Assembly (NCBI GenBank): GCA_963729715.1
Contig: CAVSPA010000004.1
Coordinates: 544,001 to 608,000 of the forward strand
DNA from: an uncultured delta proteobacterium
GTDB taxonomy: Bacteria; Desulfobacterota; Syntrophia; Syntrophales; UBA2185
Direction of reading: 5' to 3'
DNA length: 64,000 nucleotides
The position numbers were made by a program, and so were the translations under genes. Within the stretch, counting starts at the first letter, position 1. Every line of letters begins with the position of its first letter. Under the pieces are notes generated by a model that had not been told where the DNA came from, did no database searches, and saw only the letters and a list, made by a program, of their open reading frames with translations. Below, in pieces: positions 9,198 through 18,236 of the stretch.

Positions 9198-11231
9198 TCA
9201 ACTCTTCCCGTATTCCAAGAAGCGCATGGAGAAAGTGGCCCTGCCTTGAGTTGCAGAACGCAAGTCCGTCGAATATCCAAACATTTCCTTCAGGGGAACT
9301 TTGCTCCTGATCTCGCTTATCGTCCCCTTTGGCGTGATTGCTTGAATTTCCCCGCCTCTTGCATTTATGTCTCCAATAACGTCACCCATAAATTCTGCCG
9401 GCACGATGACATCCACCATCATGATCGGCTCAAGCAGTATTGGATCAGCCTGCAAACAACCATTTCTGACTGCAGATGATGCGGCAATCTTATAGCCAAG
9501 CGTCGTAGATTCCCCTTCCCTGTACGATCCTCCAGTTATAGTTACCCTGATATCAACGATAGGGTAACCACTGATTGCGCCGCTGAGAGTCGCCTCTTCA
9601 ATACCCTCGTGTACGGCAGGATAAAATTCTTCCGGTATTGCGGATTCGCCGGTCTGCCCGACAATCTCGTTACTCTCTCCCCTGCTTCTCGGTTCAAGCA
9701 ATAGCCGAACATGACCGAAATGTTTTCTTTCGCCAAGTTCTTTTTCAAAGAGTCCGTCGATTTCTATTTTCTTTTGAATTGTTTCCCGATAGACAACCCT
9801 CGGCTTACCGACATTTACATAGGCGTTAAAATCTCTCTTTAACCTATCGATGACGATTTCCAGATGAAGTTCTCCCATGCCCGAAATTACGGTTTGAGCG
9901 GTCTCATCGTTATACTTCACATCAATTGTGGGATCTTCTTCTATGAGCTTGGCCAGCGCGACGGTAAGCTTCTCCTGATCAGCCGGCGTCTTGGCCTCTA
10001 TGGCCTGGCTTATGACGGGTCTATAAAACTCAATAGGTTCGAGAAGAATAGGACGGGACTCATCGCAGATCGTATTTCCCGTCGTCGCATCTTTGAGACC
10101 CAGAACGGCAACGATATCTCCGGCGCCGCACCTTTCGATTCTTTCCCGTTTATTGGCATGCATCTTCAATAGTCGCGCAATCTTTTCCTTTCTCCCGAGG
10201 CTTACATTATATACGGCATCGCCCACCTTTAGACGGCCCGAATAAACCCTAAGATAAGTCAACTTTCTGCCTTCATCCTGCCTGATCTTGAACGCCAAGG
10301 CAGCAAGGGGTTCATCCTCGCGGCTGTATCGCACCTCTTCCATTTTCGTCACAGGATTGAAACCCCTAACCGGCGGAATATCATCCGGTGAGGGAAGAAA
10401 ATGAACGATAGAATCAAGTATCGGCTGAATGCCCTTATTCCTCAAGGCAGAGCCGCACATAACGGGAACAGCTTTTAGAGAGATAGTTGCCTGCCTGATG
10501 GCTCTTATCATCTCTTTTTCCGAAACACCTGTTCCTTCCAGATATTTCTCCGCTATATAATCGTCCATCTCGGCGAGTGATTCAATCAGTTTCTCACGAT
10601 GCTCTTTGACCTGCGGAAAAACGTCAGATGGTATATCTGACACCGAATAAGACGACCCGAGTGTACTATCATCCCAGATAACTGCCTTCTGTTTGATCAA
10701 GTCTATGATGCCCCTAAACTGATCTTCCTCACCGAGCGGTATCTGTATCGGCAGCGGCACCGAATTAAACCTTTCGCCCATCGTCTTGATGGTACCGAAA
10801 TAATCTGCACCGACCCTGTCCATCTTATTGATAAAAGCTATTTTGGGGACGCCATATTTATCGGCCTGGTGCCAGACTGTTTCTGATTGTGGTTCAACAC
10901 CGCCAACAGCGCAAAACACGACTAATGTTCCATCTAGAACTCTCAGGCACCGTTCAACCTCCATGGTAAAATCCACATGACCCGGAGTATCTATTATCTG
11001 GATATCATGATTCTCCCAGGTGCAGGCTGTAACCGCGGAAGTAATCGTTATTCCTCTCTCCTGCTCTTGCGGCATCCAGTCCATTGCGGCTTCGCCGTCA
11101 TGAACCTCTCCCATCTTGTATAATATTCCCGTGTAGAAGAGTATTCTTTCGGTGACAGTGGTCTTGCCTGCATCTATATGGGCCACCACACCGATATTTC
11201 TTGTTCTTGAAAGTTTCTTTTTTGAAGCCAT
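9198..11231 (-). CDS. fusA: Elongation factor G paralog outside the str operon
   Basis: AHIDAGKTT, ERGITITSA, DTPGHVDF, NKMD, GMGELHLE, EMFGYSTDLRSATQGRA. Domain IV loops are divergent. Confidence 0.93.
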   Translation of the reverse strand: MASKKKLSRTRNIGVVAHIDAGKTTVTERILFYTGILYKMGEVHDGEAAMDWMPQEQERGITITSAVTACTWENHDIQIIDTPGHVDFTMEVERCLRVLDGTLVVFCAVGGVEPQSETVWHQADKYGVPKIAFINKMDRVGADYFGTIKTMGERFNSVPLPIQIPLGEEDQFRGIIDLIKQKAVIWDDSTLGSSYSVSDIPSDVFPQVKEHREKLIESLAEMDDYIAEKYLEGTGVSEKEMIRAIRQATISLKAVPVMCGSALRNKGIQPILDSIVHFLPSPDDIPPVRGFNPVTKMEEVRYSREDEPLAALAFKIRQDEGRKLTYLRVYSGRLKVGDAVYNVSLGRKEKIARLLKMHANKRERIERCGAGDIVAVLGLKDATTGNTICDESRPILLEPIEFYRPVISQAIEAKTPADQEKLTVALAKLIEEDPTIDVKYNDETAQTVISGMGELHLEIVIDRLKRDFNAYVNVGKPRVVYRETIQKKIEIDGLFEKELGERKHFGHVRLLLEPRSRGESNEIVGQTGESAIPEEFYPAVHEGIEEATLSGAISGYPIVDIRVTITGGSYREGESTTLGYKIAASSAVRNGCLQADPILLEPIMMVDVIVPAEFMGDVIGDINARGGEIQAITPKGTISEIRSKVPLKEMFGYSTDLRSATQGRATFSMRFLEYGKS

Positions 11232-11266
11232 GGGCCAACCCGAGAGTGAATCCCTCTATCCCTGCA

Positions 11267-11884
11267 TTACCCTTCTTTTGCACCCGGCGCCAACATGTCC
11301 TTATTGATGGTAAACGGCTGCCTCGTATCGATATGCCCCTTGATAGACTCCACGTCCTTCCCGTCTATCAATAACTTCACCCTCTTAATGCCACTGATAT
11401 TGCGTATCAGGGTATTGGTAAGCGAATATATTGTCGCCATTTCGCTGGCACTGCCGCCCGGATGTAGTTTGACAAGATTCTTGTCAAAGCTGACATAAGC
11501 GGTTTGTTTATCGTCTATTCTGACATTGTCGAGCGCCACACCTTCCGGGAAGGTCCTTACAAGCTTTGTCTTAGAACCCTCGAGCAAAGCCTTTACCAAT
11601 TCCCCGGCCCTGGCTTGGTCATTCTCTTCCTTGGGAATATACCTCTTTTCCGGAACTAAAAATCGCTCATTCGCATCGGAAAAATACAACACAACCTCCT
11701 GTTTTTCCTTCTTCGCGGCAGCATCCTTGGTTGTTGGGAACACATATTCGAAAGTTATTACAAAGAAAAGTATGAGACACGCTACAACGGTAGTAATAAT
11801 CAAAAAAAGAATAGACTTCTTCATGCGCTTCTTCTTTTTCTTTACCTTTATCTCATCCGTTCTTCTCTTTTTCTTTGTGGCCAT
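11267..11884 (-). CDS. GerMN domain membrane-anchored protein
   Basis: Basic N-terminus plus TM helix; LYFSD, LVKALLEG, GGSASEMATIYSLTNTL, VKLLIDG. Confidence 0.85.
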   Translation of the reverse strand: MATKKKRRTDEIKVKKKKKRMKKSILFLIITTVVACLILFFVITFEYVFPTTKDAAAKKEKQEVVLYFSDANERFLVPEKRYIPKEENDQARAGELVKALLEGSKTKLVRTFPEGVALDNVRIDDKQTAYVSFDKNLVKLHPGGSASEMATIYSLTNTLIRNISGIKRVKLLIDGKDVESIKGHIDTRQPFTINKDMLAPGAKEG

Positions 11885-11920
11885 GTTTAATTGTTCTCCT
11901 CAATTACTAAAAGCGGCGAT

Positions 11921-11949
11921 AATGTAGGGTATTTTTGCACTACTGTCAA
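11921..11949 (-). promoter_or_regulatory. Sigma70 promoter for the GerMN-fusA unit
   Basis: TTGACA-17-TACATT on the minus strand. Confidence 0.6.
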
Positions 11950-12284
11950 GCAGAGAACAGAATCCAACCATCGTTGTCAAGGCGAAGAGAGGCTTCAGAA
12001 ATGTAAATTCCACGCCTCATGAAAACCCATTGTCGAGCCCCAGTCTGACAGCTTGCAACAATTCCCTGTCGTGGGACCTTGTCCGACGGACAGACCTCTC
12101 CGTTCATTGCGACGCTACTTTATCTCTGAGGGGAATGCTGACTTGGTAATATTCTGACGAGTGTGCATCCTACAATCATACGGAGTTCCTGATCCGCTTC
12201 GTTGCAAGATTACGCCCGCCACAATAATATACCATATAGGCGCCCGCCTTCAACCAGAGGTTGCACAGAAGGCGGCATGCTGCT

Positions 12285-12333
12285 TTGAAGCTCTCCGCAG
12301 TGATGTAGCAGGAGTGCGGTAGCCACCGAATTC
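12285..12333 (+). repeat. Short copy of palindromic repeat family A
   Basis: Starts TTGAAGCTCTCCGCAG and ends GCCACCGAATTC, matching the ends of the copies at 13304 and 53607. Confidence 0.6.
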
Positions 12334-12414
12334 AAGTAGATCGTGGAAAAATTAGATTATCCGGATTTGTTCCCGGACGGCGTTCAAGGAGAAATATGGA
12401 GGAGGTCGCCATTC

Positions 12415-12999
12415 CTATTCATTATCGGTGCTGCAACCATTCACCCACCAATCGCTCTTGTCTTTGAACCACCACTCGGAGGAATCCGTTCTAATAATGC
12501 TGAGAGCCAATTTTTTTGCAGTTTCAGTATGAAGTCGCCTTCTCGCAAATTCAATCCAGTCGTCAGTGTATTTATTGCCCAGATCGCCATATTCCTTCAA
12601 TTGGAGAATAAGCGCAAGCTGATCGGCATCGTGGGCAATGAGAGCCTCTCTTGTCTTCTTCTCGTTAAATTCGTCGATGACGGACTTAATTTCATCGCCG
12701 AAAAACACTGTTTGCGTCAGTTCTCGTACGGCCCTTTCCTCGTGCACCGTGACATATTTCTTGTACATATAGTTCATATCACCGGTCCTGGCTTCCGGAA
12801 GGTCATGGGCAAGGCATATCTTCAGTACCTTCAATTCGTCCAGGTCAGGTTCAAGCTTACTCAAGGCATAGCCGATAAATATCGTTCGCAGAATATGTTC
12901 AGCCACCGATTCGCAGCCAGAGCCCAAGAACCTAAAGCCCGTTCTCGGGGTCTTCTTCAACATGCCCACCTCAAATAAAAAATTCGCAACGCTGTCCAT
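12415..12999 (-). CDS. HD-domain hydrolase (YfbR/HDDC2-like 5'-deoxynucleotidase family)
   Basis: LKKTPRTGF, ESVAEH, LAHDLPEARTGD, AHDADQL. Confidence 0.88.
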   Translation of the reverse strand: MDSVANFLFEVGMLKKTPRTGFRFLGSGCESVAEHILRTIFIGYALSKLEPDLDELKVLKICLAHDLPEARTGDMNYMYKKYVTVHEERAVRELTQTVFFGDEIKSVIDEFNEKKTREALIAHDADQLALILQLKEYGDLGNKYTDDWIEFARRRLHTETAKKLALSIIRTDSSEWWFKDKSDWWVNGCSTDNE

Positions 13000-13000
13000 A

Positions 13001-13219
13001 TTATTCCTTTTTCATCGTTTTTATTCGATTGTCCATCATATCCGAGACTCTCTTTATCTGCGACTGGAGTGATGCAATACCGTCCGGCTTCATGGACAGC
13101 AATTTATCAATCTGCGTCTTCCAGTATTCCAATACCGAGATTTCGTTTTCCTTCAATTTTTTATCAAACCGAGCCTGGAGCTCTTTAACAAAAGCCGGAT
13201 TATTTTCCATATTAGTCAT
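13001..13219 (-). CDS. Small helical hypothetical protein closely linked to the HD hydrolase
   Basis: 72 aa ORF with SD GAGGA; ends 1 nt before the HD gene start. Confidence 0.7.
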   Translation of the reverse strand: MTNMENNPAFVKELQARFDKKLKENEISVLEYWKTQIDKLLSMKPDGIASLQSQIKRVSDMMDNRIKTMKKE

Positions 13220-13303
13220 TTGTTATCCTCAATCGACAATTCTGATCATCTTTTCATTAATTGTGACTATTATATCATAAAGCTTGTTCTTGCAACCATT
13301 GAT

Positions 13304-13420
13304 ATTGAAGCTCTCCGACGCAAGCTGCGGAGAATCCTCGATTCTTAAGGAACAGTGTCGTTCGTCATTCGCTTGCTTACCCCGCAGCAGGTGAAGGTGT
13401 TTGCTCTCGCTACCGAATTC
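13304..13420 (+). repeat. Long copy of palindromic repeat family A (MITE/REP-like)
   Basis: ATTGAAGCTCTCCGACGCAAGCTGCGGAGAAT...GATTCTTAAGGAACAG...TCGTTCGTCAT...CGCTACCGAATTC; close match to 53607-53689. Confidence 0.8.
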
Positions 13421-13421
13421 A

Positions 13422-13607
13422 GTAAACTACCACCGACCTTGTCGGTGGCCTTCAAAATGCGGCAAGCCTACGGACAATGTCCTTCGCCTTGCCTGATAAG
13501 GATTGAAACGATTACTCTAAAACATTCCTCACCAACATTGTTGGTTCACTGAAGGTGTGGGGCCTCCGCCCCCACACCCCACCACTGACAATGTCAGTGG
13601 TTTTGAC
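13422..13607. repeat. 186-bp multi-hairpin element with REP-like inverted ends (family B)
   Basis: Left end GTAAACTACCACCGAC-CTT-GTCGGTGG; right end (reverse complement) GTCAAAACCACTGAC-ATT-GTCAGTGG. Internal hairpins at 13472, 13531 and 13554. Confidence 0.65.
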
Positions 13608-13793
13608 AGATAAATAAAGGCAGTTCGAAAATCTTTGAAGCTCATAATCACGGCATTGAATGAACCTAATGATATTGAGATTTTACTTTGCACACCGATA
13701 ATAATTATGCTAATAACACATCTAATTAGTTAGGTTTGCGAGAACTGCTTTTTACATTGTAGAGCGGTGCAATATTTTTAATGAGGTATAGTT

Positions 13794-15452
13794 ATGGGCT
13801 ATCTCCGTCTGAGATTTTTCTATCTCATTCTTCTTTCCTTGACCTTTTTTACCGTGACACTGCACGACTCTTTCGCCGAAGAGGATACGGCCCATCTTTC
13901 CTTTGAAAAGACGGCAACACTAGGTGCAAAGACACGCCCGTATGTAGTCAAGGAAGGGGAGTGGCTGTTTCAAATCATGAGAGCCCAGGCGGGAGTGACC
14001 GCACACAGACTCACAATGATAAAAAAACTAAACCCGGAAATAAAAGATCTAAACAAAATCAAACCCGGCCAGGTCGTTATACTCCCTGAAGTGGAACGGC
14101 GCGCTGTTCCAGAGGGAGAAGAGAACTCCGAGGCGATGAATTATACCATTCGAAAGGGCGATTCCATCAGCCGGATCGCCATGCGTGAGCTGAATGTGAA
14201 GATGCCGGAGCTTAGAAAGGTCGTAGAAGATATCAAACAGCTCAATCCGGATATCAGAAATTATGACAGGATATATCCCGGCCAGACTTTGCAGCTGCCC
14301 CGCAGAAGCATTGTCATTACCAAACAAGAGGTAAAAGCACAGGAAGCCGAATCATCCTTTAAGATTGTTAAAGATGAAGCAAAGGACAAACCCATCATAC
14401 TTCCACGGGCGCATCTTGATATCATAAAAGTTGTCGTCAATAGAATGAATGGAACGCTTATAACGCTCGGCAAATACTATATTCCCATTCCGGAGTTGGG
14501 GCAGGTGACGATCGACTGTTCTACCATACCTGTTGTTGAACTCGATGACGGAACTTCTATTTTTTTGGATTTCTCCAATCGCATACCTGACACGTTGAAA
14601 AATATGATCCAGTCCAGCTGGAAGAATTATCATTCGGTTGAGATAGCAGGCGGCGACGATACCGCTGCAATTCTCCAAAAGATTGTCAATGTCTCGAACA
14701 CGTATTCAATGACGAGAAGGACGACACCTTACACCATAGGTGCCGGCCCGCCGCTTCAGCTTTCACTCGACTGGATTATCATGAAGAAGACGAAAGATGG
14801 TAAACCTTACCTGCAGGGACTGTCATTTGTGTCAGATAATTCCCGACTGTTACCCCAGCCCATGACTCAATATGCCGAGAGAAACGGCTTGACTGTAACA
14901 GAAATAATGGATGGACAAGGTGTGGCGACCGCGCCGGACGATAAATATGCGTCGCCCCAAATATCAAATCTGAACGCCGGCACCAACAAGGAACTCGTCA
15001 ATTCCCTGCTCAACGTACTCGGATATCAGACAAGCAGGGATACTGAGGTCGGGATACTGGACGCCTCCGCAAGCGGTTTTTACCTCTCCACCAAGGCCGA
15101 TGTGCTCGCAAAAAAAGGGGATAAACAAGTAATCGTTCTCTCAAAAGAAATCCCTCAACAATTCATTGACGGTTTGAAAACCCGGGGTACGGAGACAATC
15201 ACTCTCGATGGCGGAGAGACAAAAAGAGTGGTTATCGAGAAAGCCCTGCAGGCCGCCAACATTCCCTTCACATTTGCCACCTTCTCCTTTTCCGTCCCTG
15301 AAAAGACCGATAAGCCGACAGGCACGGTCAGTTTCCCCGCCTTTAAAATAACACGGGACGGAGGGACCTTTTATCTGATCGATTTTGATATGGACCGTGA
15401 AATATATGGACTGCTCAACAATAAGTGGGGGGTGAATATAGTCAGATATTGA
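13794..15452 (+). CDS. Exported LysM peptidoglycan-binding domain protein (two LysM repeats)
   Basis: Signal peptide; YVVKEGEWL...LNPEIKDLNKIKPGQVVILP and YTIRKGDSISRIA...LNPDIRNYDRIYPGQTLQLP. Confidence 0.88.
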   Translation: MGYLRLRFFYLILLSLTFFTVTLHDSFAEEDTAHLSFEKTATLGAKTRPYVVKEGEWLFQIMRAQAGVTAHRLTMIKKLNPEIKDLNKIKPGQVVILPEVERRAVPEGEENSEAMNYTIRKGDSISRIAMRELNVKMPELRKVVEDIKQLNPDIRNYDRIYPGQTLQLPRRSIVITKQEVKAQEAESSFKIVKDEAKDKPIILPRAHLDIIKVVVNRMNGTLITLGKYYIPIPELGQVTIDCSTIPVVELDDGTSIFLDFSNRIPDTLKNMIQSSWKNYHSVEIAGGDDTAAILQKIVNVSNTYSMTRRTTPYTIGAGPPLQLSLDWIIMKKTKDGKPYLQGLSFVSDNSRLLPQPMTQYAERNGLTVTEIMDGQGVATAPDDKYASPQISNLNAGTNKELVNSLLNVLGYQTSRDTEVGILDASASGFYLSTKADVLAKKGDKQVIVLSKEIPQQFIDGLKTRGTETITLDGGETKRVVIEKALQAANIPFTFATFSFSVPEKTDKPTGTVSFPAFKITRDGGTFYLIDFDMDREIYGLLNNKWGVNIVRY

Positions 15453-16429
15453 AAGCAAAAGGTATAGGTCTATTCTCAGGGGGGCTGGACAGCATCCTCG
15501 CAGCAAAAATCATCATGGCACTGGGTATTCAGGTTACGGGGGTCACGTGTACGACCCCCTTTTTTAGTCCCGAAAAGGCTAAGGCGGCCGCAAAAGAAAT
15601 CGGGATCCACCTTATTGAGGTGGACATCACGAAAGAACACCTGGATATGCTAAAGGCCCCAAAATATGGATACGGAAAAAATATGAATCCTTGCATCGAC
15701 TGCCACACCCTTATGCTTAAAATTGCCGGCAGGATGATGGAAGACAGGGAGGCCGATTTCATCTTTACAGGTGAGGTGCTGGGTCAGCGCCCCATGTCCC
15801 AGAATAGACAGTCTCTTTCTATCGTTGCGAAAAATTCAGGATATCAGGAGTATATCCTTAGACCCTTGAGTGCGCTGCTTCTCCCCGCAACAAGACCGGA
15901 AATCGAAGGCAAGGTAGACCGTCAAAGACTCCTCGCCATCAAAGGAAGAGGGAGGAAGGATCAGATTGAGATGGCAAGGCGCTACGGCGTTGACCATTAC
16001 TCAGCTCCTGCAGGGGGATGCCTGCTCACGGACCCCATGTTTTCCAGAAGACTTAGAGATCTCTTTCGGCACGGCCTGGATTTCGAGATAAGAGATATAG
16101 AGCTTCTCAAATATGGCAGGCACTTTCGCATCAATGAGTTTTCCAAAGCCATTGTGGGGCGAAACAGCGTTGAAAACGAGGCGCTCCAAAGACTATCTCA
16201 CGAGGAAGACATCGTTATCCATATGGAGCAATTTCCCGGACCGACCGTTATTGTTCCCTATGGAGGCGACAAAACGACCCTTCTTGCCGCCGCATCCCTT
16301 TGTGCCTCCTACAGCGACGCTCCCAAAGATGAGGAAGTTTCCGCCCTGTGTCGGAAAGGAGATTCCACAAGTCACGTTCAGGTGAAAGCTGGACTCAGGG
16401 AAGATATAGAGTGCTGGTTGATTAAATGA
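15449..16429 (+). CDS. PP-loop tRNA thiolase-like protein (ThiI/MnmA-related, DUF814-type C-terminus)
   Basis: SGGLDS PP-loop, NPCIDC, TGEVLGQRPMSQ, PAGGCLLTD, GRHFR. Likely TTG start overlaps the LysM gene stop (TTGA). Confidence 0.85.
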   Translation: MKAKGIGLFSGGLDSILAAKIIMALGIQVTGVTCTTPFFSPEKAKAAAKEIGIHLIEVDITKEHLDMLKAPKYGYGKNMNPCIDCHTLMLKIAGRMMEDREADFIFTGEVLGQRPMSQNRQSLSIVAKNSGYQEYILRPLSALLLPATRPEIEGKVDRQRLLAIKGRGRKDQIEMARRYGVDHYSAPAGGCLLTDPMFSRRLRDLFRHGLDFEIRDIELLKYGRHFRINEFSKAIVGRNSVENEALQRLSHEEDIVIHMEQFPGPTVIVPYGGDKTTLLAAASLCASYSDAPKDEEVSALCRKGDSTSHVQVKAGLREDIECWLIK

Positions 16430-16432
16430 GAC

Positions 16433-17953
16433 TCAGGGCAGATGCTCTGGCCGTAGTAGATCATGGATTGTCTTTACGGGATTGAATGTTTCGATTGGCA
16501 CTTCAACAAAAATGGTGGTCCAGAACGCCATTGAACCGTTCCACAAACCGGGGAGTTCAAGCGCTTTGAGATCCCTGCCCTTTTCGGATTTTCGTGAAAT
16601 GAAGTAGGCCTCTTTATTTACGAACTCACAGAGATCAAATTTGTCAGACCGGTAGTTGCGAACCCCACACACAATATCGACAGGATTAAAATGGGTTGCC
16701 CGTGACCAGATTGACTTCTGTTCCGTCGATCCCGAATCTATCTGTGACTCCTCAATGATCTGAAGAGACTGCGTTCCATCTTCCCCGTTTATCCAGAAAG
16801 GACCTCCACCCGGCTCTCCTTGGTTCTTTACCATACCACACACCCTGATCGGCCGGTTGAGTCTCTTGAAAACAAAAGAGCATTTCTCCGTAAGCGGTAA
16901 ATCCTCGAACCGTGGCGGCATGACAAGGTGAAGACTCTTTTCACAGAATAACCGCAGTTCCCGGATAACTTCTTCGTCCGGCACGGCTTTATCTAACTGC
17001 CGCAGGTATCTGAACATCTCGTTCTGAAGCGAGATGAGATAACCCCCGATAGCCTTCTTGTAAAATACGGTGACCGGTTTCAACCTGTCAGATACTATAT
17101 TGTCAATATTTTTCAGATAGACTATATCTCCCCCGGCGCCATTCAGATTATCGAGAAGGGCGCCGTGCCCGCCCGGCCTGAAAACGAGCTCCCCCTGTTG
17201 ATCACGAAACGGTCGGTTATCTAAATCCACGGCTATGGTATTTGTAGACGATTTCTGCTTGGAGAGTGCGATGTTAAAGGTTACATCATAGTCCTTCTCA
17301 TAATACCTTTTGATCACGGACAGGTAATCCGCGGCATCTTTTTGATGCTCCTCCGAGAGGGTTAAATGGAGCCTGCACATGCGGCAGGCATCTTTCGCAT
17401 AAAGAGCTGCCTCTACCAGGTGCTCTTCGAGGGCGGTGCGGCTGCCGTCAGGATAGGCATGAAATTTCAACAACGCTTTGGGGAGGTTGCCGTAATTCAA
17501 GCCTTTAGATGTCAAGATGTAGGTCAAGATATCGGCATGTCTTCCCTCTTCCAACATCTTTTCAAGGTCTTCGCCATCACGCAGTATTACGTCGCGCAAA
17601 TCCATGTAAAATGCGAACCTTTTTAGTTCCCCGGCGAAGTCATCCCTCTGTCTCGCATCCAAACTTCCTTTCTCGAGATATGGGTACCAGTCCTTGAACA
17701 TGCGGCTGGCAGCCCCGGAAGCGGGTACGAACTTCAGCACCTTTCTACCCATCCCGAGCTCTTCTTCGTACAACGCCGCCATCTTCGTAAGCTCTTCTTC
17801 CGAAAGGCTCACGATGCCGTCATTAACAGTACACGGCCTGTTGAGCTTGACCGGACGAACGCCTCTCTTGAAGAGGTCGATCTGTGCCAGCACTTTGTCG
17901 CGAGTGAGGCCTTCCTTCTCAATCTGTCTTGCGTCCGCTTCTGTAAAAATCAT
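16433..17953 (-). CDS. DUF4301 family protein
   Basis: KFVPASGAASRMFK, PKALLKFH, FRPGGHGAL, KNIDN, RVCGMVKNQGEPGGGPFW, ELPGLWNGSMA. Confidence 0.88.
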   Translation of the reverse strand: MIFTEADARQIEKEGLTRDKVLAQIDLFKRGVRPVKLNRPCTVNDGIVSLSEEELTKMAALYEEELGMGRKVLKFVPASGAASRMFKDWYPYLEKGSLDARQRDDFAGELKRFAFYMDLRDVILRDGEDLEKMLEEGRHADILTYILTSKGLNYGNLPKALLKFHAYPDGSRTALEEHLVEAALYAKDACRMCRLHLTLSEEHQKDAADYLSVIKRYYEKDYDVTFNIALSKQKSSTNTIAVDLDNRPFRDQQGELVFRPGGHGALLDNLNGAGGDIVYLKNIDNIVSDRLKPVTVFYKKAIGGYLISLQNEMFRYLRQLDKAVPDEEVIRELRLFCEKSLHLVMPPRFEDLPLTEKCSFVFKRLNRPIRVCGMVKNQGEPGGGPFWINGEDGTQSLQIIEESQIDSGSTEQKSIWSRATHFNPVDIVCGVRNYRSDKFDLCEFVNKEAYFISRKSEKGRDLKALELPGLWNGSMAFWTTIFVEVPIETFNPVKTIHDLLRPEHLP

Positions 17954-18114
17954 ATTAATTCGAAATGCGTATTTCCTTCCATCAGTCTTAGCATGAACCG
18001 GAGCCGATAAACTTTTTCCTCAAACAAAAGAGGCGCCCCTTCCCTTTTGCCATCCCGCGTGAGAGCACCTCCGCTAAACTCTGAAAACAGTCACTCATTA
18101 ATGATTCTAAGACG

Positions 18115-18219
18115 CTATTTCTTCTTGATCTTTTTTACCGAGCCTTTACGCAGCCGGTTCCTCTCCCGCAATAACCTGGATATATCTTTCTGTCTTCGCG
18201 TGGGTCTTTCTTTTGTCAT
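18115..18219 (-). CDS. Candidate 34-aa highly basic small protein
   Basis: Manual translation MTKERPTRRQKDISRLLRERNRLRKGSVKKIKKK*; starts 17 nt after the FHA gene stop, same strand. Confidence 0.4.
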   Translation of the reverse strand: MTKERPTRRQKDISRLLRERNRLRKGSVKKIKKK

Positions 18220-18236
18220 TGTTATCCGCTTTAAGG

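Noticed and set aside
11950..12280. Possible tmRNA, 6S or RNase P RNA in the 330-bp gap
   Set aside because: No tRNA-like ends or diagnostic conserved motifs found by eye; only one hairpin at 12244-12275. An Rfam scan would be needed to exclude an ncRNA.
13422..13607. CRISPR array interpretation of the spaced palindromes
   Set aside because: The repeats are not identical, spacing is irregular and no cas genes are in the window.
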